Source: Chthoniobacterales bacterium (GTDB lineage Bacteria; Verrucomicrobiota; Verrucomicrobiia; Chthoniobacterales; Chthoniobacteraceae). From it: a stretch of 64,000 nt of DNA. The DNA lies in assembly GCA_038207335.1 (NCBI GenBank), contig JBBQZX010000004.1, positions 160,001 through 224,000 of the forward strand, written 5' to 3'. The notes beneath the pieces were generated by a model. The model was not told the origin of the DNA. It worked only from the letters and a program-made list of their open reading frames with translations, and made no database searches. Both the position numbers and the translations under genes were made by a program. Of this stretch, positions 36,123 through 48,590 are shown piece by piece (the first letter of the stretch is position 1; every line of letters begins with the position of its first letter).

Positions 36123-38525
36123 ATGTCCGATCCCACCGATCCCCTCCTCCAAACCTGCCCGAGTTGCGGCTCGCTCATCGACGTTTCCGACGAAGAGCCC
36201 TTTGCCCTCATGCACTGCCCGACTTGCGGCACCGGGATGCGGGTGCGGCGTTCGTTCGATCACTTCGAACTTCAGGAAGTGCTCGGCGCAGGCGGAATGG
36301 GCGCGGTTTATCGCGCCCTCGACACGAATCTGAACCGGATGGTCGCGCTGAAATTGCTTCGCAAGGAATTCTCGGCAGACCCGGATTTCGTTGCACAATT
36401 TCAGACCGAGGCGGCGACGACGGCGTCGATCAATCACCCGAATATTGTGAAGGTTTATTCGAGCGGCGAAGATCACGGACTGCTCTACATCGCGATGGAA
36501 CTCGTGGACAAAGGCTCGCTCGACGATTTGATGGAACTGCAAAAACGCGTGCCGGAGACGCAGGTGCTGGAGGTGGGAATCCAGATCGCGCGCGGGCTGA
36601 ATGCGGCGCTACAAGCAGGGCTGATTCATCGCGACATCAAGCCCGGCAACATTCTTTTCTCCGGGCCGCACGCGGCGAAGATCGTGGATTTCGGCCTCGC
36701 GGCGCTGGTCGCGGAAGCCGGGACGGTCGGCGGCGAGGTGTGGGGCACGCCCTATTACGTGGCGCCGGAGAAGCTGGACAATCAGCCCGAGGATGCGCGG
36801 AGCGATATTTACTCTCTCGGCGCGACGCTTTTTCACGCACTCGCGGGACGTCCGCCTTTCGAGGCGGAGACGGCCTCGATGGTGGCGCTGAAGCATGTGA
36901 AGAGCCAGGTAGTCAGCCTCCAGGCATTCGCGCCGGACGTGTCGAGCACGACGGCTTACGTCATCAACAAGACGCTGCTGAAAGACCCGGAAGCGCGCTA
37001 CCAGAGCTACGAAGAGCTGATCGAACATCTGGAATTCGCGCGCAATGAACTCGCGGCGAAAACCGCCGTTCCGCAACTGCAACGAAAGCCAGTGCGCGTA
37101 GTGATGCAGACGGAGAGCCAGGGGACGGCGATGACGTGGATCACGCTCGTTCTGCTGGCGGCCATCGCCTTCGCGGGATACGCCTTTTATAAATGGCGCC
37201 CGAAGCCGCACGTGGCGGAAGAAGGCGGCAGCGCGACGGTGGAGCAGACGATCGCCGCGGTGGCTGCGGCCAAGCCGGGCTTCGAGGATGCGCGGACGAA
37301 AATCCTGACCGGCAAATACAAGGAAGCCGCCGAGGAACTCGGGAAGCTCGAGGAGACACCGAACCTCCCGCAGCCGCTCAAGAACTGGATCACGATGCAC
37401 CAGGGGCTCGCATATCTTTTCACCGGAAAAGATCTGCTTGCTCGGAAGGCGTTCGCGCGAATCGAAGAGCGCGGGCCTTTCACGAAAGATCCGAACGAGG
37501 TGAAACTCGCGGACTTTTTCATGCGCTCCGCGAAGCTGCTGCGGAGCGAGGAGCTCGTCGATCCGTCGGAAGCCGCGAACTTCGAGAAGAAGAATTATCA
37601 AGCCTTTGCGCTGCTGCTGATGGGGCTGAAAGACTGGAACCTGGAGAAGCCCGAAGAGGCTGGGCAACTCTTCCGGCAGTTCACGTCCTCGTGGCCGGAT
37701 GCGCCCCCGCTTTGGATCGGAAGCGAAAAACAGATCGAGCGGCTGAAGGAAGTCGCGAACAGTTACGTGCGCGATTCCAGCGCGTATCGCATGGCGAATG
37801 AGGCCATCAAATCGGCGTCCACTATGGAGGAGAAGGTCGCGGCGCTGAAGTCGGCGAAGGAGGCACGCAAGGAGATGAAACTGGTGACGAAGTTTTCCAA
37901 CGAGCTGGACGAGAGCATCGCGGAGTTCGAACCGACGGTCACCGCGCTGCTCGATGCGAAGGCAAAGATGGATGCTGAGAACGCCGCGGCCGATGCGAAG
38001 AACATGCCGGAGGCGAAAAAGAAGCGCGCTGACTTGATAGCGCAATATCGGTTCAACGAGGCGAAATTTGCGATGATGTCGGTAAGCATCAACAGCGAGG
38101 AGGGCAAGGACGCGCAGGAGATTCTCGGCAAGAAAACGGCGTGGCTTGCGAACTTCAAATCGCAACTCATCGGCGACATCAACACGCTCGGATACCCGAA
38201 TCCGCTCACGAAGCGGGCTGGGCCGCCGGTCGCGGGCGGGGTAGTGCGCGCGGATGAGGAGAAGCTTTACGTGAAGTCGCAGTTCGGCTTCCTGCCGACG
38301 GCGTGGACGGACCTCGCGCCGGAGGAGGTCGTGAAAATCGCGGAGTTTTACATCCGGCCATCGCTCACGCCGGAACTCGCAGCGACGAAGAAGTGGCATC
38401 TCGGCGTCTTCGAGTTAGAATTCGGAAAGCCCGACGAAGGCCGCAAGCTGCTCGCCGAGGCTGCGCAACTGAACGGCATCTATAACGACGAACTGCCGCT
38501 CTTCGCGAAAGACGCCGGCAAATGA
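36123..38525 (+). CDS. Membrane Ser/Thr protein kinase with N-terminal zinc ribbon and helical (TPR-like) extracytoplasmic region
   Basis: CPSC..CPTC, LGAGGMGAVY, ALK, HRDIKPGN, DFG, GTPYYVAPE, followed by a TM. Confidence 0.93.
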   Translation: MSDPTDPLLQTCPSCGSLIDVSDEEPFALMHCPTCGTGMRVRRSFDHFELQEVLGAGGMGAVYRALDTNLNRMVALKLLRKEFSADPDFVAQFQTEAATTASINHPNIVKVYSSGEDHGLLYIAMELVDKGSLDDLMELQKRVPETQVLEVGIQIARGLNAALQAGLIHRDIKPGNILFSGPHAAKIVDFGLAALVAEAGTVGGEVWGTPYYVAPEKLDNQPEDARSDIYSLGATLFHALAGRPPFEAETASMVALKHVKSQVVSLQAFAPDVSSTTAYVINKTLLKDPEARYQSYEELIEHLEFARNELAAKTAVPQLQRKPVRVVMQTESQGTAMTWITLVLLAAIAFAGYAFYKWRPKPHVAEEGGSATVEQTIAAVAAAKPGFEDARTKILTGKYKEAAEELGKLEETPNLPQPLKNWITMHQGLAYLFTGKDLLARKAFARIEERGPFTKDPNEVKLADFFMRSAKLLRSEELVDPSEAANFEKKNYQAFALLLMGLKDWNLEKPEEAGQLFRQFTSSWPDAPPLWIGSEKQIERLKEVANSYVRDSSAYRMANEAIKSASTMEEKVAALKSAKEARKEMKLVTKFSNELDESIAEFEPTVTALLDAKAKMDAENAAADAKNMPEAKKKRADLIAQYRFNEAKFAMMSVSINSEEGKDAQEILGKKTAWLANFKSQLIGDINTLGYPNPLTKRAGPPVAGGVVRADEEKLYVKSQFGFLPTAWTDLAPEEVVKIAEFYIRPSLTPELAATKKWHLGVFELEFGKPDEGRKLLAEAAQLNGIYNDELPLFAKDAGK

Positions 38526-40360
38526 GCCGCGGTCTCGCACTGCTCGCACTCGCGATATTCACTCTCGCCGCGCATGGGGAAAATATCGTCTTCCCGGCAG
38601 GCGCTGTGACGGACATCACCCAGCCGCCATACGGCGCGAAAGGCGACGGCACGACCGACGACACCGCCGCGATCCAGAAGGCTCTCGATGCGCGCGTGAA
38701 CCTCCTCTATTTCCCAGACGGCACGTATCTCGTCTCGAAATCGCTGCGCTGGGGCCGCGCCGAAAGGCGACAAGTCGTGCAGGGCCAGAGCGTCGAAAAG
38801 ACGATCATCAGGCTCAAGAACGCGTGCTCAGGCTTCGACATCGCGGAGCGTCCGCTGCCGGTGATGTGGACCGGGAAACAGCCTGCACAAAGGTTTCGCA
38901 ACGGAATCCACAATCTGACGATCGACACGGGCACGGGAAATCCCGGCGCGATCGGCGTCCAATTCATCGCGAACAACCAGGGGACGATCGACACCGTCCA
39001 TCTCATCTGCGGCGAGCGCGGCCCGATCGGCCTCGACCTCGGCTACACGAAAGACCAAGGCCCGTGCCTCATCACGCATTTGCAGGTCACAGGCTTCGAC
39101 GTGGGAATCTCGACGAAGGGCGCTATGCACAGTGTGACGTTCGAGGACATCGCGCTCAGCGGGCAGAAAGTCGTGGCCTTCAAGAATGAGGGGGAACCCG
39201 TTTTCATCCGCGATCTGCACAGCTCGAATGAAGTCCCGGCATTCATCAACGCAGACCGCGACGGGCTCGCGACGCTGATCGACTGCACGCTCACAGGCAC
39301 CGGCACGGCTGCGGATGTGGCGGCGATTTCCAACGGCGACAACTGCGCGCTCTACGTCCACAGCCTCAGCACGGTCGGATATAAAAGCGCGATCGCGAAC
39401 GCTGGCGGGCACCGGCAAAGTCCGGATGGCGCGACGGTCACCGAGTGGTTTTCGCACCCGCCGGTCGCAGCATGGGAAGGCTCGCCGCCGCACGCCCTCG
39501 GCCTGCAGATCAAGGAAACACCGGAGGTCCCGTGGGATGAACCGGCGGACTGGATCAACGTCGCGCAGTTCAAACCGACGAAGAGCACGATCGCCGACTC
39601 CCGCGGACGCAACCGAAAAGTCGAGGACTGGACCGACGCGATTCAGCAGGCGATCGACTCCGGCAAGACCACGATTTATTTCCCCTCGGAGAAGATTCAA
39701 TTCGTCGGCGACGTCCATGTGCGCGGAAAAGCGCGGCGCTTCATCGGGCTCGAAAACGCGTTCGGGAAATTGAGCCAGGGGACATGGATCATCGAAGCCG
39801 GCGAGTCTCCCACCGTGTTCTTCGAGCGCTTCGACTGGACCGGATGTCCGCTGAAAATCCGCCACACTTCCGACCGCACGCTCGTCGTAAAAAACGTGAT
39901 CGGCGGTACATGGGAATTCGAGCGCGGCGCGGGCGAAGTTTTCCTCAGCGACGTCTCACCTGAGCAAATCCGCATGACGGGAAACCACGTCTGGGCGCGG
40001 CAGCTCGATATCGAGGACACCAAGGAAACGAAGATCGTCAACGACGGCGGCACGCTCTGGATTCTCGGCCTAAAAACCGAAGGCGACTCAACGCAAATCG
40101 ACTCGCGTGGCGGAGCCAAAACCGAGGTGCTCGGAGCGTTCGTTTATGCAAACACGGCGCACGAAAAACAGCCGTGCTTCGTGGTCACTGACTCCTCCTT
40201 CAGCGTCACGATGGGCGAGACCGCACTCCGTCGCGGACCATTCCAGAACCTCGTCGTCGAAACCCGCGGCGGTGAAACAAAAGAGCTGGTCCACGGCCAA
40301 ACGCCGTCGCGCGGCACGGGCTCGCTGCTAACGCTCTACTCCGGCTTTTCCGGCAACTAA
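38522..40360 (+). CDS. Secreted beta-helix glycoside hydrolase (GH55/pectate-lyase-3-like)
   Basis: YGAKGDGTTDDTAAIQKAL..LYFPDGTYLVS and a second DWTDAIQQAIDSGKTTIYFP; ATGA-coupled to the kinase. Confidence 0.85.
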   Translation: MSRGLALLALAIFTLAAHGENIVFPAGAVTDITQPPYGAKGDGTTDDTAAIQKALDARVNLLYFPDGTYLVSKSLRWGRAERRQVVQGQSVEKTIIRLKNACSGFDIAERPLPVMWTGKQPAQRFRNGIHNLTIDTGTGNPGAIGVQFIANNQGTIDTVHLICGERGPIGLDLGYTKDQGPCLITHLQVTGFDVGISTKGAMHSVTFEDIALSGQKVVAFKNEGEPVFIRDLHSSNEVPAFINADRDGLATLIDCTLTGTGTAADVAAISNGDNCALYVHSLSTVGYKSAIANAGGHRQSPDGATVTEWFSHPPVAAWEGSPPHALGLQIKETPEVPWDEPADWINVAQFKPTKSTIADSRGRNRKVEDWTDAIQQAIDSGKTTIYFPSEKIQFVGDVHVRGKARRFIGLENAFGKLSQGTWIIEAGESPTVFFERFDWTGCPLKIRHTSDRTLVVKNVIGGTWEFERGAGEVFLSDVSPEQIRMTGNHVWARQLDIEDTKETKIVNDGGTLWILGLKTEGDSTQIDSRGGAKTEVLGAFVYANTAHEKQPCFVVTDSSFSVTMGETALRRGPFQNLVVETRGGETKELVHGQTPSRGTGSLLTLYSGFSGN

Positions 40361-40374
40361 ACGATCGCCGAATT

Positions 40375-40505
40375 CCGCATCTCCCGCGGGAGGGAGGATG
40401 CAGCTCGATCGTCACCCGCCGGACGGTTCCCCCCGGTCCGCCCAGCGCACCACACGATCGAGCTGCTTCCCTGTTTTTGTATCCCCATGTCCGCTTTCGC
40501 AGACG
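40375..40505 (-). ncRNA. Candidate structured RNA (unknown family); the same stem may terminate the + strand gene
   Basis: 13-bp perfect stem 40400-40412/40454-40466; inner 10-bp stem 40417-40426/40438-40447 and a GAAA-capped hairpin 40489-40504 whose mismatches become G-U pairs only on the minus strand. Confidence 0.35.
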
Positions 40506-40665
40506 GAAAAGCCTTTAGCAACGGCCGTGCCCACCCGCGTTTCGTTCGGAAATATTTCGCATTCACAGAGGGGAAAAACGCGATCTTAACGGCGACGAGT
40601 GCACCACGAATCGCGACCGGCTGCGCACATTTCACCACGCTGCGCAATGCCGTGCACCGCTTTGC

Positions 40666-42414
40666 TCACTCCAGACACGCGCGCACATTCCACGACGCCT
40701 GCTCCAGCCGTACCCGCGCCTCGTCGTAGGAAATCTGCAACGCGTTGCTGACCAGTCGCACGCCGCGGTCACGGAGTTTTGCGTTGGAAATGTGGAGATC
40801 GATCATTGCATTCCCACGCACTTTCCCGAGGCGGATCATCGCGCACGTCGAGAGTATATTGAGCGCGACCTTCGTTGCAGTGCCCGCCTTCAGTCGCGTC
40901 GATCCGGTCACGATTTCCGGCCCGGTCGGCAGATCGATTTCCACATCCCAAGCAGTCGCCGTGCGCTGCCGCGCCGGGTTGCAACTCACCAGCATCGTCC
41001 GTGCGCCCAACTTCCGCGCACGCGCCAGCGCGCCCAGCACGAACGGCGTCCGCCCGCTCGCCGTCAGCCCGCACACGACATCCCCTGCCCGCACGCCGCG
41101 CTCACGCACCGCCAGTGCGCCACTTTCCACCTGATCCTCCGCACCCTCTACCGCGCGATGCAGCGCCGTCACGCCGCCCGCCATGATCGCCTGAACCAAC
41201 TCCGGCGGCGCGCCGAATGTCGGTGTAATCTCGCTCGCATCCAGCACCCCGAGCCGCCCGCTCGTCCCAGCTCCCACATGGAAAAGCCGCCCGCCCGCGC
41301 GCAGCGCCGCGCTCACGAGATCGATGCCGGCCGCGAGCGATTCCGCGCACGCGCCCAGCGCCTGCGCGACGCAATTTTCCTCGCTCACAAAAAGCTCCAC
41401 GAGCTGCGCCGAACTCATCAAGTCTAGGGCCGCCGACCGCGGATTACTCTGCTCCGTCGCCGCCCCCGCGAGCGCCGCCGCATCGTGAACGACCTCCCCT
41501 GCCCGCTCGACCGTCTGCAAATTCCCATCCGTCCCCTCCCCCGCCAGCCACGCCGCGCCGAGCGCCCCCGACTCCTCGCACACCTCCGCGTGCGCCTTCG
41601 GCAGCAGGATGCTCAGGCGGTAATTGAACAGTGCCGCATACTCCGGGTGATGCGAGAAAAGCCCGCCCACCAGCCGCACGGGCGTGTCCGCAAAATCAAG
41701 CCGCTGCGCCACCGCACGCGTGAATTCCGCCAGGATCGTGGCGCCGTCCTGCACCACATTCAGCATCTCCGGCTCGCCAAATCGCGCCGCCTCGAAAATG
41801 CACGGCGCGAGCCGCGCCACCGACATCTTGTCGGCCTGCGAAGCCCATTCGACCAAGTCCTGCAGCCGAGTCAGCGCCAGCGTCCGCAGGATGTTTTCCG
41901 CGAGCGGCGTGATCTTGTGATTCAAATCGTAGTGGCTCAGCACGATCCGCAGCCCCTGCATCGCGATGTGAAATCCGCTCCCGCGATCCCCGAGTAGTTG
42001 CCCCCACCCGCCCGCCTTTTCCTCGCGCCCGCCCTTTCGCCCCGTCACAGCCGCGCCAGTCCCCGAGATCACCGCGATCCCATCGCGCGCTCCAAAAGCC
42101 ACCGCCATCGCCGAGTCCCGATCGCTCCCCACGCTGACACGCGCCGTCGGCCAGGTCGTCTCCACCAGCCCGCGCAGACGCCGCCGATCCTCCTCCGTTC
42201 CGCACCCCGCGAGATACACGCCGACGTGCGTCACCTCACGCGCCAGCACGCTGAAGATGCCCGCCAGTGCTTGATCTCCGGTCAGCCGCAGATTCGAGGC
42301 CGGCAACGCGCCGCGCTCCAAAATCGTCTGCCCATCGTCGCGCATCTCCACCATCACCCACTCCGTCTTCGTCCCGCCGCCTTCGATTCCGAGCACGCGT
42401 TTTGGACTTTGCAT
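40666..42414 (-). CDS. murQ: Fusion of a BadF/BadG-family sugar kinase (MurK/GlcNAc-kinase-like) and MurNAc-6-phosphate etherase
   Basis: LGIEGGGTKT, ISGTGA, GGWGQLLGDRGSG; then TEQSNP, GAGTSGRLGVLDASE, EGAED, GPEIVTGSTRLKAGTA. Start at MQSPKR. Confidence 0.93.
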   Translation of the reverse strand: MQSPKRVLGIEGGGTKTEWVMVEMRDDGQTILERGALPASNLRLTGDQALAGIFSVLAREVTHVGVYLAGCGTEEDRRRLRGLVETTWPTARVSVGSDRDSAMAVAFGARDGIAVISGTGAAVTGRKGGREEKAGGWGQLLGDRGSGFHIAMQGLRIVLSHYDLNHKITPLAENILRTLALTRLQDLVEWASQADKMSVARLAPCIFEAARFGEPEMLNVVQDGATILAEFTRAVAQRLDFADTPVRLVGGLFSHHPEYAALFNYRLSILLPKAHAEVCEESGALGAAWLAGEGTDGNLQTVERAGEVVHDAAALAGAATEQSNPRSAALDLMSSAQLVELFVSEENCVAQALGACAESLAAGIDLVSAALRAGGRLFHVGAGTSGRLGVLDASEITPTFGAPPELVQAIMAGGVTALHRAVEGAEDQVESGALAVRERGVRAGDVVCGLTASGRTPFVLGALARARKLGARTMLVSCNPARQRTATAWDVEIDLPTGPEIVTGSTRLKAGTATKVALNILSTCAMIRLGKVRGNAMIDLHISNAKLRDRGVRLVSNALQISYDEARVRLEQASWNVRACLE

Positions 42415-42462
42415 CGTGGCATTATGCTTAAACATCCCGCCCTCCTTCAATCCGCGCGCTCC

Positions 42463-45094
<2,632 letters not shown>

Positions 45095-45103
45095 CTAGCG
45101 CGC

Positions 45104-46480
45104 CTATTTCTTCCGCTTCTTCATCACACCCTCGATCGTCGGCGGGCCTTGCATTTCGGGTGTGTTGATCGTTGGCAGGGACTTTGCAAGCTCGGCTTTG
45201 GCGGCAGCAAATTGCGGGTCGTTTGCGACATTTTTCCATTCCAGCGGATCGGCTTTTTCGTCGTAGAGCTCCTCACTGCCGTCGGCGTAATGAATGTATC
45301 GCCAGTCGTCGGAGCGGACGGCGTGATTCTGAAAACCCCATGTCATGATCGCCGGATGCGTCCACGGCGCAGCAGGATCGGTGAGCAGCGGGGCGACGCT
45401 TGCGCCTTCGATATGATGCGGGATATCGGCGTGCACGAGCTCGGCGAGCGTCGGGTAGATGCAATTCAAATCGACCGCGTGATCGCAGACTGTGTTGGGC
45501 TTGGTGACGCCGGGCGCGACGAAAATCAACGCGGTACGCGTCGCCTCTTCCCATAGCGCGTGTTTTCCCCAGTGCTGCTTTTCACCGAGATGAAAACCGT
45601 GGTCGCCCCAGAGCACGATGATCGTCTTTTCCTTTGCTGGACTGCGATCGAGGGCGTCGAGCAGCCGGCCGACATTCATGTCGGCGTAAGCCATCGTCGC
45701 CAGATACGCCTGCACTGCCTCCTTCCATTGACCGGATTTTACGATCTCGGCGTGGTCGCCATTCGGATCGGCGAGCTTTATGCCGGGCGGCGGGATATCG
45801 TCGAGATCGGTCGCCAGGACTTTGGGCAGCTCGATTTTATCGAGTGGAAATTGATCGAAATATTTCTGCGGCACCTCCCACGGCGGATGCGGCTTGTGCA
45901 GGCCGCACGCGAGGAAGAACGGGCGGTCGTGCGGCATCGCGAGTTGGGCGATGATCCAGTCCGTCGTCTGGTAGTCCTCAAGCGTGGCGTCCCCTTTTTT
46001 CAGCGCGCCGTATTTGATGTCGCCCGCCTCCTCCGCGCCTTTGAGCTTCGCGTTTCCACTTCCCGCGGGCCGATAATTGTCCCACTCACGCGGGCGTCGA
46101 AAGCTGTCGTGGTAGATTTTCCCAGCGCCGGCGGTCCAGTATCCATGCGCGTGGAGGAAGGTCGGCAGCGTGAACGCGTCGGCGATCCGGTCGCGCCAGT
46201 CGTCCTCGTTAAAATAAATGCCGCTCGTCGAAGGGCGGTATCCGGTCATCAGCGCGGTGCGGCAGGGGTTGCAAGTCGGCGCGGTGCAATAGGCTCGTGT
46301 GAAACGCATTCCGCGCGCGGCGAGACGGTCGATATTCGGCGTGCGCGCCTGCGGATTGTCGCCCGAATATCCGACCCAGTGATTCAAATCATCGACTGCG
46401 ATGAACAAGATATTCGGCCGCTCGGCGCGTGAAGCAGAGGCACATGTGAGGAGGAAAATTGCGGTGGCGATGAAGCGCAT
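45104..46480 (-). CDS. Secreted sulfatase (iduronate/choline-sulfatase-like)
   Basis: RPNILFIAVDDL, CNPCR (FGly motif), GKIYH, KPHPP, GDHGFHLGEK; start at MRFIAT. Confidence 0.93.
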   Translation of the reverse strand: MRFIATAIFLLTCASASRAERPNILFIAVDDLNHWVGYSGDNPQARTPNIDRLAARGMRFTRAYCTAPTCNPCRTALMTGYRPSTSGIYFNEDDWRDRIADAFTLPTFLHAHGYWTAGAGKIYHDSFRRPREWDNYRPAGSGNAKLKGAEEAGDIKYGALKKGDATLEDYQTTDWIIAQLAMPHDRPFFLACGLHKPHPPWEVPQKYFDQFPLDKIELPKVLATDLDDIPPPGIKLADPNGDHAEIVKSGQWKEAVQAYLATMAYADMNVGRLLDALDRSPAKEKTIIVLWGDHGFHLGEKQHWGKHALWEEATRTALIFVAPGVTKPNTVCDHAVDLNCIYPTLAELVHADIPHHIEGASVAPLLTDPAAPWTHPAIMTWGFQNHAVRSDDWRYIHYADGSEELYDEKADPLEWKNVANDPQFAAAKAELAKSLPTINTPEMQGPPTIEGVMKKRKK

Positions 46481-46606
46481 GAGCGTCTGCGATTCGTAAC
46501 GCTCTCGCCGTGCGCCGTCCACATTCTGTGAGCTGCGTCCACTCGCGAAAACGTTCCCATATCGGATTGGCGCGCCACCGCATCTCCGTTCATCCTCTGG
46601 GCAGAC

Positions 46607-47398
46607 ATGTCGTCGTTTCACATCACCATCCTCGGCAGCGGCAGCTCGGGAAATAGCGCGCTCGTGGAGACGATGGGCACGCGGCTGTTGATCGACGGCG
46701 GCTTGAGCTGCCGGCAGACCGTCGCGCGGCTCGCGCAGTGCGGCGTGAATCCGCTCGAGATCGACGGAATTTTGCTCACGCACGAGCACGGCGACCACGC
46801 GGCGTGCCTCGATGTCTGGTGCAAACAATTCGCGACGCCGATCTTCTGCAACCGCCTTACCGCCGAAGCCCTTCAGCACAGCCGTCCCGATTTAAAAAAA
46901 GATTGGCGACTCTTTGTCACCGGCAGCGAATTTCAAATCCGCGACATCACGGTGCAAACTTTTCCCGTGCCCCACGACGCGGCGGAACCCGCGGGATTCG
47001 TTCTCCATCACGGCCAGGAGGCTGTCGGATTTCTCACCGATCTCGGTTTCGCGACGAAGCTCGTCTATGAGCGCGTCCGGCAAGTGCAGACGCTCGTCAT
47101 CGAGACAAACCACGACGAAAAGCTGCTGCAAAATTGCACCAAGCGCCCGTGGTCGGTGAAGCAGCGGATCATGTCGCGCCACGGCCATCTCTCGAATTCC
47201 GCAGCCGCCGGAGTGCTCGCGGAATTGCTCGACGCAAACCTCCGACGCGCCGTGCTCGGCCACCTAAGCCGCGACTGCAATAGCCCCGAACTCGCGATCG
47301 CCGCAGTCCGCTCCGCGCTCGACGCGCGCGGCGAAAACGCGGTCGCGATCGTGTGCGCCGGCCCGAGGGAAATCAGCGCGCGTTTCGCGATCGGATAG
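46607..47398 (+). CDS. MBL-fold metallohydrolase (YycJ/WalJ-like)
   Basis: LGSGSSGN, THEHGDH, HDAAEP, TDLG, ETNHD, GHLSN, HLSRDCN. Confidence 0.92.
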   Translation: MSSFHITILGSGSSGNSALVETMGTRLLIDGGLSCRQTVARLAQCGVNPLEIDGILLTHEHGDHAACLDVWCKQFATPIFCNRLTAEALQHSRPDLKKDWRLFVTGSEFQIRDITVQTFPVPHDAAEPAGFVLHHGQEAVGFLTDLGFATKLVYERVRQVQTLVIETNHDEKLLQNCTKRPWSVKQRIMSRHGHLSNSAAAGVLAELLDANLRRAVLGHLSRDCNSPELAIAAVRSALDARGENAVAIVCAGPREISARFAIG

Positions 47399-47449
47399 CC
47401 CAGCGGCTTGGCGCAATTCGCGAAAACGCGCTCCCCATGCGCACGCCGT

Positions 47450-47923
47450 TCAATCCTTCCCGCCGATCGGAAAGAGCAGCGAATCGACGTATCGGCGGTT
47501 CGAGCGGCGAAGCCGATCGACGAGAAGGCGTCCGAGCGCGATGAGCAGCTTGAAGGCGGCGGTGGGATACACTCCGGCGAGCGCGGAGAGCGCGGCGTGC
47601 GTGATTTTCAAAAGCACGCACGGCTCGAGAGCGCGGACATCCGCGGAGCGCGGACCGTCATCAACGAGCGCGAGTTCACCGAAGAAATCGCCGGGCTGGA
47701 GCACGGCGAGGTCGATGTTGTGAGCCTCGGCGTGATGCACTACTTTCGCCTGCCCACTGACGAGGATGAACATGCAATCTCCCGCGTCATCCTGCCGCAC
47801 GATGAGTTCGTCTTCGGCCACCTCGACTCGATCCAGCAGGTCAATGAACGCGTCCATTTCGTCGTCCGAAAATTCGGCGAAGAGCACTTTGTTTCGGAGG
47901 TTCTCGCGCATCTCGGCGGTCAT
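47450..47923 (-). CDS. Stand-alone cyclic-nucleotide-binding domain protein
   Basis: GDFFGELALVDDGPRSADVRA; start chosen to avoid overlap with the upstream gene. Confidence 0.88.
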   Translation of the reverse strand: MTAEMRENLRNKVLFAEFSDDEMDAFIDLLDRVEVAEDELIVRQDDAGDCMFILVSGQAKVVHHAEAHNIDLAVLQPGDFFGELALVDDGPRSADVRALEPCVLLKITHAALSALAGVYPTAAFKLLIALGRLLVDRLRRSNRRYVDSLLFPIGGKD

Positions 47924-47927
47924 GGGA

Positions 47928-48590
47928 TCAAGGCTGGTGAAGGATTTGGCCGTCTCGCATCGCGACGCTGCGCGAGGCGCGGCGGGCGATATCGGCACTG
48001 TGAGTGACGAGTAGCAGGGTGGTGCCGGACTGAGAAGCGATAGTTTCCAGCAGCGACATCACCTGCTCCGCGTTTTCCGAATCAAGGTTACCTGTCGGCT
48101 CGTCCGCAAGCAGCAGCGGCGGCTGGTGGACGAGCGCGCGCGCGATTGCCGTACGCTGCATCTGGCCACCGCTGAGCTGATGCGTGAAATGTTGCGCGCG
48201 ATCGGTAAGCCCGACGCGTTCGATGACGCGCGAAGCTTGCTCCCGTGCGGCTCGAAGCGGTGTTCCGTGCAGCAACAGCGGCACGCAGACGTTCTCCAGC
48301 ACGGTCATCGTCGGCAGCAGATTGAAGAACTGAAACACGATGCCGACCTTTCTGCGGCGATAAGCGGTCAGCTCTTTTTCGCCGGCGGAATGAAGCGGCA
48401 GCGCATCGACGAAGATCTCACCTCGCGTGGTAGAATCGAGCCCGCCAATGAGGTGCATGAGCGTGCTTTTCCCGCATCCGCTTGGCCCCGTAATCGCGAT
48501 GAATTCACCCGCCGCGATATCGAGCGACACATCGTCGAGCGCCGCCCCGGAGTTCGGATAGACGCGACTGACGTGGCGCAGCGAGATCAC
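47928..48590 (-). CDS. ABC transporter ATP-binding protein (LolD/YbbA-like)
   Basis: [40 protein letters not shown] overlap with smc. Confidence 0.92.
   Translation of the reverse strand: MISLRHVSRVYPNSGAALDDVSLDIAAGEFIAITGPSGCGKSTLMHLIGGLDSTTRGEIFVDALPLHSAGEKELTAYRRRKVGIVFQFFNLLPTMTVLENVCVPLLLHGTPLRAAREQASRVIERVGLTDRAQHFTHQLSGGQMQRTAIARALVHQPPLLLADEPTGNLDSENAEQVMSLLETIASQSGTTLLLVTHSADIARRASRSVAMRDGQILHQP

Noticed and set aside
35031..38399. Minus-strand ORFs of 503 and 596 aa
   Set aside because: Antisense to the motif-supported propeller and kinase genes.
40455..40490. SRP RNA (minus strand contains GGAAGCAGC)
   Set aside because: The required upstream CAGG plus GNRA-capped helix is missing.
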